DNA from: a virus
DNA: 64,000 nt
IMG/VR virus record: IMGVR_UViG_3300033148_002122
Location: 32,001-96,000 of that record
Reading direction: 5' to 3' (one strand)
A model generated the notes under the pieces. The model was not told the origin of the DNA, did not search any database, and saw only the letters and a program-made list of their open reading frames with translations. This document shows, in pieces, positions 20,401 to 30,200 of this stretch. Each line of letters starts with the position of its first letter. Within the stretch, counting starts at the first letter, position 1. Made by a program: the position numbers and the translations under genes.

Positions 20401-20692
20401 AGCTATTGAAGCCGCGAGAACCCGTGCGGCTATACTCGATGCCACAGAAAGAGTAGTTAACAACACCAACCCAATTAGTTCATCAGTATTATTTGCTCCA
20501 ACAGGATTCAGAATACCTTCCTACGCACTTCAGGGTGGAGCTATTCCTGGTGGGCAGACTAATCAGTTTAATATAACAGTACCGCTGGGTGCTGATGCCA
20601 GAAGAGTTGGCGAAGAGATAGCAAATAAAGTAAATGGAAACTATCAAGAAGAGTCGTTTAGACAATCTTCTAATTCAGATTCTTACTTGTAA
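14423..20692 (+). CDS. Tail tape measure protein
   Basis: 2089 aa, Ala-rich and helical; TP901-type core (FAQQG, AEDLADAM, SGKFVGNALKTIFARL); hydrophobic segments. Confidence 0.9.
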   Translation: MSEQASSFVIGAVFDAERALIKLNEFITAVKTKAAEASVAITTSLAGGGKAGEFVDADLVRNNLNRVEELTKRSLSKVGKDYEKSSKTSGTAMSSATKEMEKYGTQIGTVAGRFEGMLQALAAYAGAHKIVMQGLQTQVTAYADALDAVSTKFNVPIKDLVDAMKGMGKAGKQTEKDMEKAGEAAQGAADAGQNSASQQELVNKAIKEGVGFLNSRISSMHEEAQLIDSVIEGQKVRASQIKGELKSLKKTSELTELEKEGVEGIAGGQEKLNTLTARRENLLKMLSNTNKNIESSYERQGKLSADVHKSTTGIAKQALFAAANFATVIKRVLLWSTAIGFIFGTIQKINQAFTESIDLQNKMVQIAKIKPFDFDVVPLSKAALDTAVRYGISVGEIAETMRVFAQQGKDVNEILALIDTAAQGVVATNLTMNNSVQLLTAAMNIFGKTTDEVGIVLDKIQAVQSRFAITAEDLADAMKLLGPIIKVLGSDMDFLLGSVTAVAEATRQSGKFVGNALKTIFARLPKKDSVFLINSLGVELYNLEGNLRPLQKIIGDLAAQWDTLTGAAKLNIAVTLGGIRRYNVFMTLMDNYQTVVEASATSMSSFGEVQNAVQKESESFSRRLSKVKEQFRALGIEATQNLLPILVGVAESFTLLAKKEVIFTIATIAAAAAMTRLIKSVAGLASFSNLLAATQINIKVFGSAAAVASGRLVAMAGKSVIAASSMIFLGRSIQGAKVALIAFGRAAAVSAPVLILVGAALTAVVLTIKKISSTMRENKLLTDQMTEAYRKFTTVGLDFSKLGNIEGVALAGSMGLASLVANLKAAGVETQSTGALLNKLQATLLFYVKGFSTKETVKELQKAQKAAINTQQGFEKFFTSLYRSDSDIGLSLGKGLGRSFKKVGIGAEELKGILQTSISKAMNEVDTDEPTKTFLAALSKSIFIRGNEFGISIPYLSNVTKELGSSIDETGKVTRVVSEAMDKYYQKIGENIALQGDANKSIIAGIRVQFKQKDALNEIIKSAIKHADINKATDKTYIGRVKLLQKYISNLERLSGEEERHILNNEELQISLLAMNEEYQQLGDTLDDIKNKHKTQVDLAKSVGLGYDEAKGALGTYTKTAETYITTLNSLTLTEKKHARALAFAKRQEILLRGKGDIYGTDFQTELRDSEGALKGMSESFDAADQANARLYASADDLQFKLNQLRQAYPQITADTLAFLSSVDDLADSLEKAGQVTFNYTNQFVDINKELNEYDIKLRSAVAGMGLTAKGFNSMEQRGKVLQSVLGNLSGFFTGVAAAEASATKETALLEDKIGEIEASLKTFESQRISPLAFTAEEIAEVDNYITSISKAGDELSRIEADGILRDALKQRAKEKLIKLEKEFNTWIKTSVDNAGELFAIDAKMLLQREIQLDKELTIRSKLNQLYVSDIKQIELTNKLYDSRRDSILSTGLAEADSLRIKNDIYGVENQNAELAALEISDAKQKLLLDNERSRLADLRRLKEQAIVEVYKLQRKELDLVIKNQESYFSKVGDLLTSPIERAISLSNDLGFKISRTIKLFDVQKRTNEELLKTQIAYLESKKTEDDINNSGLDRDIRELQLKHDIAAIQEQINKNVSIENLKVEDLIKSLEKANETYSEIRATILATASDFDKLIEDAHVFTDLFDEIGRIFYRKGVENIFDTMFEAPNNKLAEALESGKLDIKLTSIIDPSVLAELERKIGEAIQIDRAAAIKFQDSVASAIHSTEETLVQTMETIGQSYVSILSDMISSVDTQALIEAMVVIRQLRGELERIKSDFNQRTGTEQAASDTKTTRLLSELTGYAGGVKNYANAMRYQNKNIENLTDELAGDRSLSDIISSGPIDVSIVGATPAAAAILLGGLPDEPTGGDDPGEPDLGRDLGKSVLRLQSGISLLSVAMGSIAGVNTGRGIASGAGIGGSIASLLELGTSGTNALLGIGAIAGMFYGIQRDKDARRKEEEAERHRAEERRKEAIEAARTRAAILDATERVVNNTNPISSSVLFAPTGFRIPSYALQGGAIPGGQTNQFNITVPLGADARRVGEEIANKVNGNYQEESFRQSSNSDSYL

Positions 20693-20703
20693 GGGAGTTA
20701 TAA

Positions 20704-23700
20704 ATGTCTGATACAAAGTATAGTCTAACTGATACCACTAATCCTTATGGTTTTAAGGGTGTTCTAGGAACGGGGGTTGGTAGGCACAGTGTATCTAGGT
20801 ATGATAAATTCTTGCCTAGTGATAGGAATTTTTTAGAAGAAGTTATTACTGAAATTCGTAGGGAATTATCTACTCAAATTAGTGACACTACTTCTCTTCA
20901 TCAACAAATAACCCAACAAGTATATGTTCCTAATACTAAGACATCTGCTGTTAACGTTAACTACTTGCCTGTAGATTTTAGAGCAGCGGGTGAGTATAAA
21001 CCTACTAATAGCCTTGATGGTCCTCTTGAGTTAAAATATGAAGGGTATATTAATAGAGTAATTGTACACCGTAATACACCTGGAATTGATGGCACAACAG
21101 CGATTAACGTTAAGATAGATGGAACAAGTATTTTGGATGGACTCATAACTATAGGATCTGATGAAACAGCAGCAACAGTAGTTACTGATTTTACATCAAC
21201 ATACTACGAAATTGATAGCAATCTAACGGTTGATATTATAGATGTTGAGGCAAATGCATCCGACCTAATGGTTACTGTTGAGCTAGCTTTTCCATTCCAG
21301 TCTAATGTATTTCTAGCTAATTTTTCACTAACAGGCAGAGGAAGTATAACTGAGAATCTAGATGGTTTCTTCATAGTACCATTCGAATCAGAGTGGAAAT
21401 ATTGGCAAGGAGTTACTGATTCTACTAGCTTAGGTCAGTACAGCATTACTGCCCATAGACTGGATACAACTACTAGTGCCGGTCCAACAACTTTTCCTGC
21501 TCCTGGTGAAGCTAGTGCTAGTTTGAATGAAAACAGGATACAACCTGGGGAACTATTTAGTGTGTCTGTTAACGAGGTTCCTTCTTCCGGTGAAGATATG
21601 AGGGCAACACTTACGTTTAATAGAAGAATACCAGAGTACTATGCTATAATGGATTTTCAGGCGATGGGTAATTACTATGTAACAGAGAATGCTGATATAG
21701 CTCGATATATTCCAGAAAATATAACAATTAAGGATGTATACCTAACTAGATCAACCGGAGGAACAGATAATACATCTGTTTTCACACTTAATGATGATGG
21801 TGTTGAGATAGCTAGGGTATACATTGACAGCAGTACGGCTATTTATGATAGTACAGGTTGTCATGTTTCACCAGAAGTTGAGGTGGCTGCTGGGTCTTAC
21901 CTAACGCTTGATATTATTGGTGTTGAGGATGGGGTGCCATCAGACGCAAGATGTATGGTTGTATATGATGTATCAATACCAACCACACCAATAGGTTTAG
22001 CCGATTCAACAGAAACGGCAGAACTTAGAAATAGCTTTATTTCACTGGACAGCAGTGTTGCAGACATATCGACTCATCTTGGTCTAGTTGATACTACAGC
22101 TTCAAACACACTGGCTAGTCTTAATAGTATTGATAGTACAGTAAGTGATATACTTAGTAGACTAACTTTACTAGATACTACAGCGTCCCAACTAACTGAT
22201 GAATACCTGGAGTTGGACGCTACTGTAGACTATATATTATATAATCAGTTGCTAAACAACAACTTATTGATTCAGTTTGGTAATGACCTAGATAGTTTTG
22301 ATAGTACTTTGGCTGAGATGTCTGTAGGTCTTGGTATTTTTGATAGTACTATATCAGAGATGTCAGATAAAATTATTGAAATAGATAGTACAGCTTCTGA
22401 GATATCTTCTAGAATAAATATAATAGATAGTACTACTGCTGAAATGTCTATAAAACTTATAGCACTAGATAGCACTGTATCTGAGTTATCTGCTGTAGTT
22501 GGTGACACACCTGAATATGATTATGTTGACCTAGACACATCGTATGGAAAACCTGTCCATCAACCTGGAAGGTTATTCTGGGATGACGATAATAAAACTG
22601 TTGCGATGTACACTGATAGTACTGAGGTTACACTACAGATAGGACAAGAGGATTGGACTCGGGTTAAAAACGAAACAGGGAATACTATTGTTAATGGCAG
22701 GGCAGTAAATGTTGTTGGAGTAAATGGTAACGGCATACCTCTAGTTGATTTCGCACACGCAGGTGATAGTACATACAATCATTGTCATGGCCTAATGACT
22801 CACAATCTTGAAACTGGTAACATAGGTTATATGGTATCTCGCGGTATTATCCATGATATTGATACTTCTTGGCTTTCTGCTGGTGATCCTCTTTATCTTT
22901 GTGATTCTACGGCTGGTCTGTACGGAACTACTATACCAACTGCTGCTGCGTCTGCTATACAGGAGATTGGTGTTGTTTTAGAATCAGGTGTTTCTGGATC
23001 TGCTCTAGTACATCCACACGCACCATCTAGAAATTCAGAACGAGCATTTGAAAGATCTTGGGCTATAACAAGTCTCAGTGGTGCGTCTGGAGACTACTAC
23101 TTTGGTGGATTTTACAAACACGGTGGTACTCACGATGATTTTAGTGGAGTAGTTAACTTTGGAAGTGCTAACGTATCGTATGCTGCACATTTCTTTGTTG
23201 TTCTTGGTGCCTCTACTGTTGATGAGTTAACAATACATGTCACTGGAACATCTATAAACGACAACGGTGACAGAGCTACTAGTGACACTGAAGATATTGT
23301 AATTCCAACACTAACTTCTGTTAATGCATATTTCGAGACTAGTAAGAAGTGGTTAGGTCAAATTTCTGTAACTGTTACAGGTGGAACAGCGAAAGATTGT
23401 AATTATGGGTTCTCCAAATATTGGGATAACAATAATAACGCATTCCAACTAATAGGTCTTGAAGTAACGGGGTTAGCTGGAGCGTCAGATACTGGTATAG
23501 AAATAAGATTGATTCATCACACTAGCTCTGGATGGACGTATAACGCAGGAAGTTCCGCTGTACCCGCAGTCTTGGCATCAATGTCTACTGACCACTCAAC
23601 AGAGAGTAGGGTAGCTTCGGGTGAGGAATTTGCATGGAAACGTTCTAACTTAGATACGTCTGTAGCTGGTGGAGATTCTGAAGGAACAATCTTTTTTATT

Positions 23701-23775
23701 ACTACCACGGTTAACGATGCCGTTGAAGTTGGAACAGCAATGATTAGAATTATTACGGATATTACTAGCCAATAA
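20704..23775 (+). CDS. Tail fibre/tip protein: three tandem beta domains, DST coiled-coil stalk, C-terminal domains
   Basis: Three ~110-aa repeats starting FRAAG/FSLTG/FQAMG, a 14-aa periodic coiled coil, then a GRLFWD...LQIGQE...GDPLYL fibre module; 12 DST + 5 DTT by eye. Confidence 0.7.
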   Translation: MSDTKYSLTDTTNPYGFKGVLGTGVGRHSVSRYDKFLPSDRNFLEEVITEIRRELSTQISDTTSLHQQITQQVYVPNTKTSAVNVNYLPVDFRAAGEYKPTNSLDGPLELKYEGYINRVIVHRNTPGIDGTTAINVKIDGTSILDGLITIGSDETAATVVTDFTSTYYEIDSNLTVDIIDVEANASDLMVTVELAFPFQSNVFLANFSLTGRGSITENLDGFFIVPFESEWKYWQGVTDSTSLGQYSITAHRLDTTTSAGPTTFPAPGEASASLNENRIQPGELFSVSVNEVPSSGEDMRATLTFNRRIPEYYAIMDFQAMGNYYVTENADIARYIPENITIKDVYLTRSTGGTDNTSVFTLNDDGVEIARVYIDSSTAIYDSTGCHVSPEVEVAAGSYLTLDIIGVEDGVPSDARCMVVYDVSIPTTPIGLADSTETAELRNSFISLDSSVADISTHLGLVDTTASNTLASLNSIDSTVSDILSRLTLLDTTASQLTDEYLELDATVDYILYNQLLNNNLLIQFGNDLDSFDSTLAEMSVGLGIFDSTISEMSDKIIEIDSTASEISSRINIIDSTTAEMSIKLIALDSTVSELSAVVGDTPEYDYVDLDTSYGKPVHQPGRLFWDDDNKTVAMYTDSTEVTLQIGQEDWTRVKNETGNTIVNGRAVNVVGVNGNGIPLVDFAHAGDSTYNHCHGLMTHNLETGNIGYMVSRGIIHDIDTSWLSAGDPLYLCDSTAGLYGTTIPTAAASAIQEIGVVLESGVSGSALVHPHAPSRNSERAFERSWAITSLSGASGDYYFGGFYKHGGTHDDFSGVVNFGSANVSYAAHFFVVLGASTVDELTIHVTGTSINDNGDRATSDTEDIVIPTLTSVNAYFETSKKWLGQISVTVTGGTAKDCNYGFSKYWDNNNNAFQLIGLEVTGLAGASDTGIEIRLIHHTSSGWTYNAGSSAVPAVLASMSTDHSTESRVASGEEFAWKRSNLDTSVAGGDSEGTIFFITTTVNDAVEVGTAMIRIITDITSQ
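22048..22509 (+). repeat. 14-aa (two-heptad) coiled-coil repeat carrying D-x-(S/T)
   Basis: Asp codons at 22048, 22090, 22132, 22174, 22216, 22300, 22342, 22384, 22426 and 22468 (exact 42-nt register, 22258 slot is Asn). Confidence 0.9.
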
Positions 23776-23784
23776 GGAGCTAAA

Positions 23785-24378
23785 ATGACAACTTTTTATA
23801 CGCTCGATTCTAGAGCTAAAATAATTCAAGTGCAGGACAGCACAGGAGGAGATCCTTGGGATTCGACTAGCTGGCCTGAAGAAGATTCTACCAGTACCCA
23901 AGAGTCAACTTTTACTATAGAGGGGCACAGGGATAACGTACCCTACGCTGCCGAACCGTTTGATTCTACGGCTGTTTGGGAGCAACTACCTTGTATCTTC
24001 CAGTGTCCATCAGGGCATGTTGCGTATATTACTTCAGCAACACTTCTCTATTGGGTAGCTGATGCCGATGGTCAAAATTATGGTTCTGGAGACAGTACTT
24101 TCGGGTGGAGGGGTTTTGCAAACTTTAGATTCTACACAACGGGTATGCCACTAGATACCACTTCATCAGTATGGGCACCAACAAACGTGTTCCTGCCTGT
24201 GGTATGCAGTCAGGACAATCCTTATGGAAGTAAAACATGGCATTTCACAGATGCAGCCCAGCCATTAAATAGACCATTACGTGCAGGAGAGTCACTTGAT
24301 TTGCGAGTTCGTCCACATGATGGTCCTATAAATCACTGTCAGGCAATTTTTACTGGATATTTAGTAGCGGAAGCGTAA
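23785..24378 (+). CDS. Small beta-rich virion protein, DST-dense
   Basis: AAGGAG RBS; five DST and one DTT in 197 aa; lies in the tail-tip cluster. Confidence 0.7.
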   Translation: MTTFYTLDSRAKIIQVQDSTGGDPWDSTSWPEEDSTSTQESTFTIEGHRDNVPYAAEPFDSTAVWEQLPCIFQCPSGHVAYITSATLLYWVADADGQNYGSGDSTFGWRGFANFRFYTTGMPLDTTSSVWAPTNVFLPVVCSQDNPYGSKTWHFTDAAQPLNRPLRAGESLDLRVRPHDGPINHCQAIFTGYLVAEA

Positions 24379-24395
24379 TATAAGGGGAGACTAAA

Positions 24396-27296
24396 ATGTA
24401 TAACAATTGGTATGGTGAGACTGATTCTACTGTTTTGCTAGGGAATATCAGAGATGAAAATCCAGCACTTGGTGTTTCAGGTACTGTAGCTAACACGGAC
24501 TTCTTTGCTACCTATATTGGTCAGCCACTTATTGATTTGGCTACGGTATTAGGTCCATCACCCTCACACGCCGCAAGCAATATTTATCGTGCTGGTGGCC
24601 GTGGTGGATTTCCACTAATACAGATTCCTTCTACATCTCCAGAAATTACTAATGATACTGATAACAGATACTGTCAGTACGAAGAGGATATTGAATCTCT
24701 ATTTACTACGGCAGATATTGGTAACGGAGATCAAATACTTGGGTCGTTTGCAGTAAGGTTTGAGGGCGTAGATTTCTTTGCAGAATGGAGTAATCTTACA
24801 GCGTATGAAACTGACAATGGTAAGTACGCAGTACATGTTGATAGAGAAAATCCAAATAGATCTTTTGGAACTATACCAAACTTCAATCTTACAGGATCTG
24901 ATTCATCTAATTTTGAAGTATACTTTGAAAGAGGAGCAAGTGGTGGTGGGTCAGGACTTGCTGGTAATACTATAGTATTTGGTCCTTCTGGATCAGGCGC
25001 AGATTATTCTGATTGGAATACCATGCTTGCTTCTATTGAAACAAGTCTTGACTCTACTAATCAGTATACTGTGTATGTGATGCCAGGGTTTTATGAAGTT
25101 TCAGATGCTACATGGAGTATTTTTGACATTAATGAGTATGATGGGTCAACATATAAACGAATGTTCTTTAAGAATCGTGTACCATCGTATCTTCATGTTG
25201 TAGGATTAAATAAAGATAGTGTTATATTTAATCTATCAACTAATTATTTTAATAATGCACATAAACATGGATCGCCAACTTTGGATTCAACTACAGGAGG
25301 AATTAATCCGTCTGTATTCTTTGCTTCTCAATTTAGTTCTGTATCAAATCTAACAATTAAGGTTAACAACGAATACGTTGCTCCTCCACCAGATTTTTTA
25401 CTTCCAGTTCCAATAGCTTTTTATCCTGATTCTTCTACTGCCTATGTTAGTTATTTTGAGGATTTTTTAGATATAGATTATGATAATTATATAGGAGCAA
25501 CAGAGAGAAGTCCAGCCAAACTATTAAACTTGTTCTTATTCAGAGGAGAGAACATAAACTTTGTTGTTAGTGGCTGGGGGAATTCAAACTCATGTGTATT
25601 TGCTGGTCATCACCGTTCAGCAGGATTAGTATCATCACAGGAAGCAGATTACCCAAAATCTATTTATGACATCTTTCTTCTAGAAGGTGTTGATGTTTGG
25701 AGTAACTCATTTTTCTATTTTAACAGATGTAGTGTTAAAGATTCTCAGCAAGGTAAAGTTGGATTTGGACTTAACTACCATGATACAAACGGAATTAGTT
25801 CTAATGGTGAGACATTTTCTGCAAGCTATTGTAATCTTATAGTTGATAGTCTGTACTACGAGTTTGATATGATATTACCGGAAACAGAACATGCTGATTC
25901 TACGCACGGATGGGTTGTACCAAGTGCAAAGAAATTTGTAGTCAAGGTTGGTAAAGGTAGTATACCCTACGTAAAGATATTTAATAATTCTGTATTTACA
26001 GCTCCTAATTGTTTTGTTCCTAGTTCTGATTCAACATATCATCTTGGAAACAAGTTTAGTTTTTCATATACGGCACATATCCTAGATGGTTGGGAAAGTA
26101 ATGAAGAAGTTTACCAACAGTATAGTGATTTTCCGTGTTTAGTATACGTTTCTAGCAACAATCAAATTGATCTATACTCTAATGACTTTAACAGAAAGTC
26201 TATACATTTTAATAACTGTGAGTTCAGAGTTACAGGACTAAATCACCCACAGCTTGGTAATGATAACCTTATTGATGGTGGAATAGGGGATATCCCCTAT
26301 GTTGATACAACCGACTATATTTCTGAATTTTGTGTTGGAGTTAGTAGTCTTGGAGATGTAGACCTTGTATTTAACGGATGTAGATTTGAAAATCATATTG
26401 ATTCTCCTTATTCTGGTTTGTTTGTAATAGGGTCAGACGCGAAGGTTTCCACTTCATTGGATTCACTACCTATGCTAAACGAAGTACACCTTAATAACTG
26501 TACTGGAGAATCTATTGGCTACGGATTATTTAGTGTTTGTACTGGAAAAATAGAATCTATTGAGAGCTTTTATTCTAGGATTAACATATCTGGTGGAAGT
26601 TATACCTCATATAAATCTCCTATTGTAAAAACTACACACAGAAATTGGGAGTACAACAGTTATAGCCCTGTAGACTATACAGGATTAAGAGTATACTCAA
26701 ATGGTACAATATTTAGATACGCACCAGGACCACTGATTACAGGAAGTCTACACACTAACGCAAGAAACGCTGCACCACTATGGCTTGATACAACTACTGT
26801 GGGTGGTGTATTTGAGTTTGACACTACTACTGATATGGCTGTATTTGAGAACTGTTCATTTGGAACACCAAGTCTTAAGAATTATGCTGATATTGGTTAC
26901 TTTGCGGCTCCAGGCGTATGGCTTGGTCTTGATAAAGACTTGGTTTCCGTGGATAAGAACTATCAATTCGGAAGCATATTTATGTTTTATCAGGATAGCA
27001 CATCCTGGTCTGAGGAGAGATTCCAGTTTAGTAACTGTACTTTCTCTAGCGGTATAATACCTCCGTTCAGATTAAACACAATATACTCCAAAGGAGATTT
27101 TGCTCCAGCACTTGTATCTGGATGTAGATTTTTTACTGATTCAACTATGAGCGATCTAATGTCAGAGAATTTATTAAACATAGATTCTGGTATAATAGGT
27201 ATAACGACATACGACACGACTGATTTGGAAGTTACTGTGGATTCTAACTCTTATAACCCCTTGTATATAAGGCATTATCCACGAATCTGGAGATAG
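24396..27296 (+). CDS. Tailspike-like right-handed beta-helix protein
   Basis: YTVYVMPGFYE, VVGLNKDSVI, SVSNLTI and repeated FNNCEF/FNGCRF/LNNCT/FENCSF/FSNCTF rungs typical of pectin-lyase folds. Confidence 0.7.
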   Translation: MYNNWYGETDSTVLLGNIRDENPALGVSGTVANTDFFATYIGQPLIDLATVLGPSPSHAASNIYRAGGRGGFPLIQIPSTSPEITNDTDNRYCQYEEDIESLFTTADIGNGDQILGSFAVRFEGVDFFAEWSNLTAYETDNGKYAVHVDRENPNRSFGTIPNFNLTGSDSSNFEVYFERGASGGGSGLAGNTIVFGPSGSGADYSDWNTMLASIETSLDSTNQYTVYVMPGFYEVSDATWSIFDINEYDGSTYKRMFFKNRVPSYLHVVGLNKDSVIFNLSTNYFNNAHKHGSPTLDSTTGGINPSVFFASQFSSVSNLTIKVNNEYVAPPPDFLLPVPIAFYPDSSTAYVSYFEDFLDIDYDNYIGATERSPAKLLNLFLFRGENINFVVSGWGNSNSCVFAGHHRSAGLVSSQEADYPKSIYDIFLLEGVDVWSNSFFYFNRCSVKDSQQGKVGFGLNYHDTNGISSNGETFSASYCNLIVDSLYYEFDMILPETEHADSTHGWVVPSAKKFVVKVGKGSIPYVKIFNNSVFTAPNCFVPSSDSTYHLGNKFSFSYTAHILDGWESNEEVYQQYSDFPCLVYVSSNNQIDLYSNDFNRKSIHFNNCEFRVTGLNHPQLGNDNLIDGGIGDIPYVDTTDYISEFCVGVSSLGDVDLVFNGCRFENHIDSPYSGLFVIGSDAKVSTSLDSLPMLNEVHLNNCTGESIGYGLFSVCTGKIESIESFYSRINISGGSYTSYKSPIVKTTHRNWEYNSYSPVDYTGLRVYSNGTIFRYAPGPLITGSLHTNARNAAPLWLDTTTVGGVFEFDTTTDMAVFENCSFGTPSLKNYADIGYFAAPGVWLGLDKDLVSVDKNYQFGSIFMFYQDSTSWSEERFQFSNCTFSSGIIPPFRLNTIYSKGDFAPALVSGCRFFTDSTMSDLMSENLLNIDSGIIGITTYDTTDLEVTVDSNSYNPLYIRHYPRIWR

Positions 27297-27299
27297 TAT

Positions 27300-30200
27300 A
27301 TGAATAAACTTTCCTTTAAGTTATCTAGAAGAATAGACATTAATAGAGATTCACAATTTATTAAGTGTGTTGAAACCCATAGTCTAGATAATACTATATA
27401 TTATGAATTTTCTTACACTGAATCTAGTAGTGAGTATAGTTGGGCGTATAGATACATAGAGGTAAAGGATAGTAACGTAGAAATTTCCATAAATAAATTA
27501 CTTGAATTTAGTCTTATAGAGAGTGCTTCAATAGTAAATACTAATGACGAAATGCTAGATATATCAGATAACGTTATAGCAGGGAGATGTCTCAGAACAT
27601 GCTCTGGTCTTGCTGGTCAATACTGGGATGCCGCAGATATCTGGGGTGCTGGGTATGCCCAGGCTGTAACAGATTCGTCTGCTATGTTTTGTTTTAATCT
27701 AGTTGCAGGCTGCGCTGGTACTTCTTCTTCCAGTTACATAACAGGGTTAGTAGACTCAACCGTAACATTTATTGCTGGGTTTAGGGATCCGTTCTATACC
27801 CCTGAACAATTAACTGATTCAACCCATTATTTAGAACGTGCGGTATACTTCCCAACTAGATCTGTTGCACCAAATCATTCACTACAAAGGTATAAGGTTA
27901 GTGGAGTTGAATCGAGGGTTGAAGCCAATATACTATATATAGCTGCTGAACTTACGGAGGATGATGATACTGTGTTGTCTTCTACTGACGCACTATATAA
28001 TCTTGGTATTAGATCAGGTATAGTATCAGATGGTATTCCAAATACAATATTTATAGCCGGAATTTGTCATCATCTACACTGGTCAGCAAATAGTATTGAT
28101 GGCTTGTGTATAGACGCTGATTACGAAAAGGGTGAGATGTTTATACCGGGAACTTCTGTTAGGTCTAACTCTCTGGGGTGGAATATTGATGGTGTACAGG
28201 GTAAATCTGTAGGTATAGGTCAGAGTGATTCTACCGTAAATGTTGGTTTTGAGTTTGATGGTCTTACGTCTTATCCAGTTGAGCGATCAAGAATGGTGTT
28301 TGGGTCACAAGAAGGGAGTGGAATAGGTTTATTCCATCCAGATCTTGGTGGTGATGGTGATTCCACTCATGGTGTCTATCTGTATAACTTAGGATTAAAT
28401 TCTGTTTTTGTTAATAATGCTAGAAAAATTCTTTACGGCGATGACTTACTAGGTTATACTGGACAGGGTTATAGCAGAGAACATGTGGAGGATTGGTCAA
28501 TAGACGCAGGTAGTTCTTTTCATGTTATGAAAGTGTTTGGCATTGTTGGTGGAAGATGGAACGATAGCGGAACCCTTGGTGTAGCTCCTGGTTGTCATAT
28601 GGACCCAGAATGTGTTAGAGGATATATCTTTGAATTAGTTGACTATGGCGTTGCTGACGTATATTCTTACTCACTAGAAAGTTCTTACCTATCAGACTAC
28701 GGCACATTAACCTTTTATGATGTTGTTGGAGACACTGGTGCATACCCTATAGGGTCTGTAGCTAACTCCCTAACCGCTGGATACGCTGCTTCTAATGATG
28801 CTTGGTATCTTGTACCAGCATTTGGTAATGGTGGACACTACATTAATTTTGATTCTGAAATAATAGGTATAAGTGCATTTTCTGTTTGGGACGGGACTAG
28901 TCCTGTGTATTCACACGGAGAGGCATTAACTTTTGTTTCTCCAGTACCTCAGTTAATTGCAGGTCCATACTATGATCCTAATGGTGCTACATTATTTGAT
29001 AGTCATAGTTATGGTGAGTACGCAGGGCAGAGTTGTGCAACTCCTGCCGCTGCTGGTGGTATGTTATTATTAAAAGAGGCTAGACCAGAGCTATCTTATT
29101 TTGAGGCAAAGAATGTGCTTGCTAGTTCTTGTAGAAAGTTTCCAGACATGACTGCCGAATCTGAGAATTGGCATCATCAGTTTGGTTATGGTAGACCGGA
29201 TATGCTAGCAGCGTTTAATACAGATACAACAGAAACACCTTGTGCCCCACCAAGGGGGTTAATTGTTGATGGTGTTGGGAGAGATACACTGCTTTTTAGG
29301 TGGACAAACCCACACTACAAGCATTTTGAAAAAGTAAAGATATTAAGAAAAGATGCTTTAGATCCAGGTACGTATGATACTTTTGCAAATTTACATAGTC
29401 TTTCTATCGAAGAACAGCCAGAAGGCATAGGCCAAGAAGAAAGTTTAGAATGGGTTGACACAATAACAACTTCCCCTCTTGGGTTGTCTGTTACCGATAG
29501 TACCTACTTTGGTAAAGTCCAACTGTATTTTGATTTTTGGGGCAGCAGCAGTTACATCAGTACGTTTAGTCACAATGGCATGGCCGAGTGGAATACCACG
29601 TACTATGATTTAATAAGCGCACCTGGAGATACTACGAGTAATGATTTCCCAACGGGTATGCCAGAAGTTTATTTCAATTATGGTGGAACCGCACATGCTG
29701 CTATGTATGTTATTGATTCTACTGGTGACTGGTTTGGCTACTTCATAGACCACATCCGCACAACCTGTGAGTACTTCTACGATCAAGGCAATCCCTTGTA
29801 TGGTATTTTCCTTGATGATTTTGCTAATGTTATTAGTTGGTCCTACATTGTTGGTCCTGAGAAGACAAAAACATATGATCGTAATGGCGCACAAAATGAT
29901 AGTTCTCATATATTCATAACTTGTCCCGAGTTATGGAGTTACTACATGGCTAGTGACTACTATCCGATATGGGGTGATGATAACTGGGAAGAAATGACCA
30001 AAACTGAACAGAAAGTTGTTACGATTCAGTGGTACTATGGTGTAATGAATGTCCAAATGGAGAGTCTAGAGCAGCAAGTGTGGGATATTATTAATAATTA
30101 TTGTATACCTGACGGAAAGATGATTGTTAACGGTATTGGTAGAAGGCTCGATGAGATAGGAGGGGGCCACCCCACGTATGGGAATTGGGTTCCAAGATAC

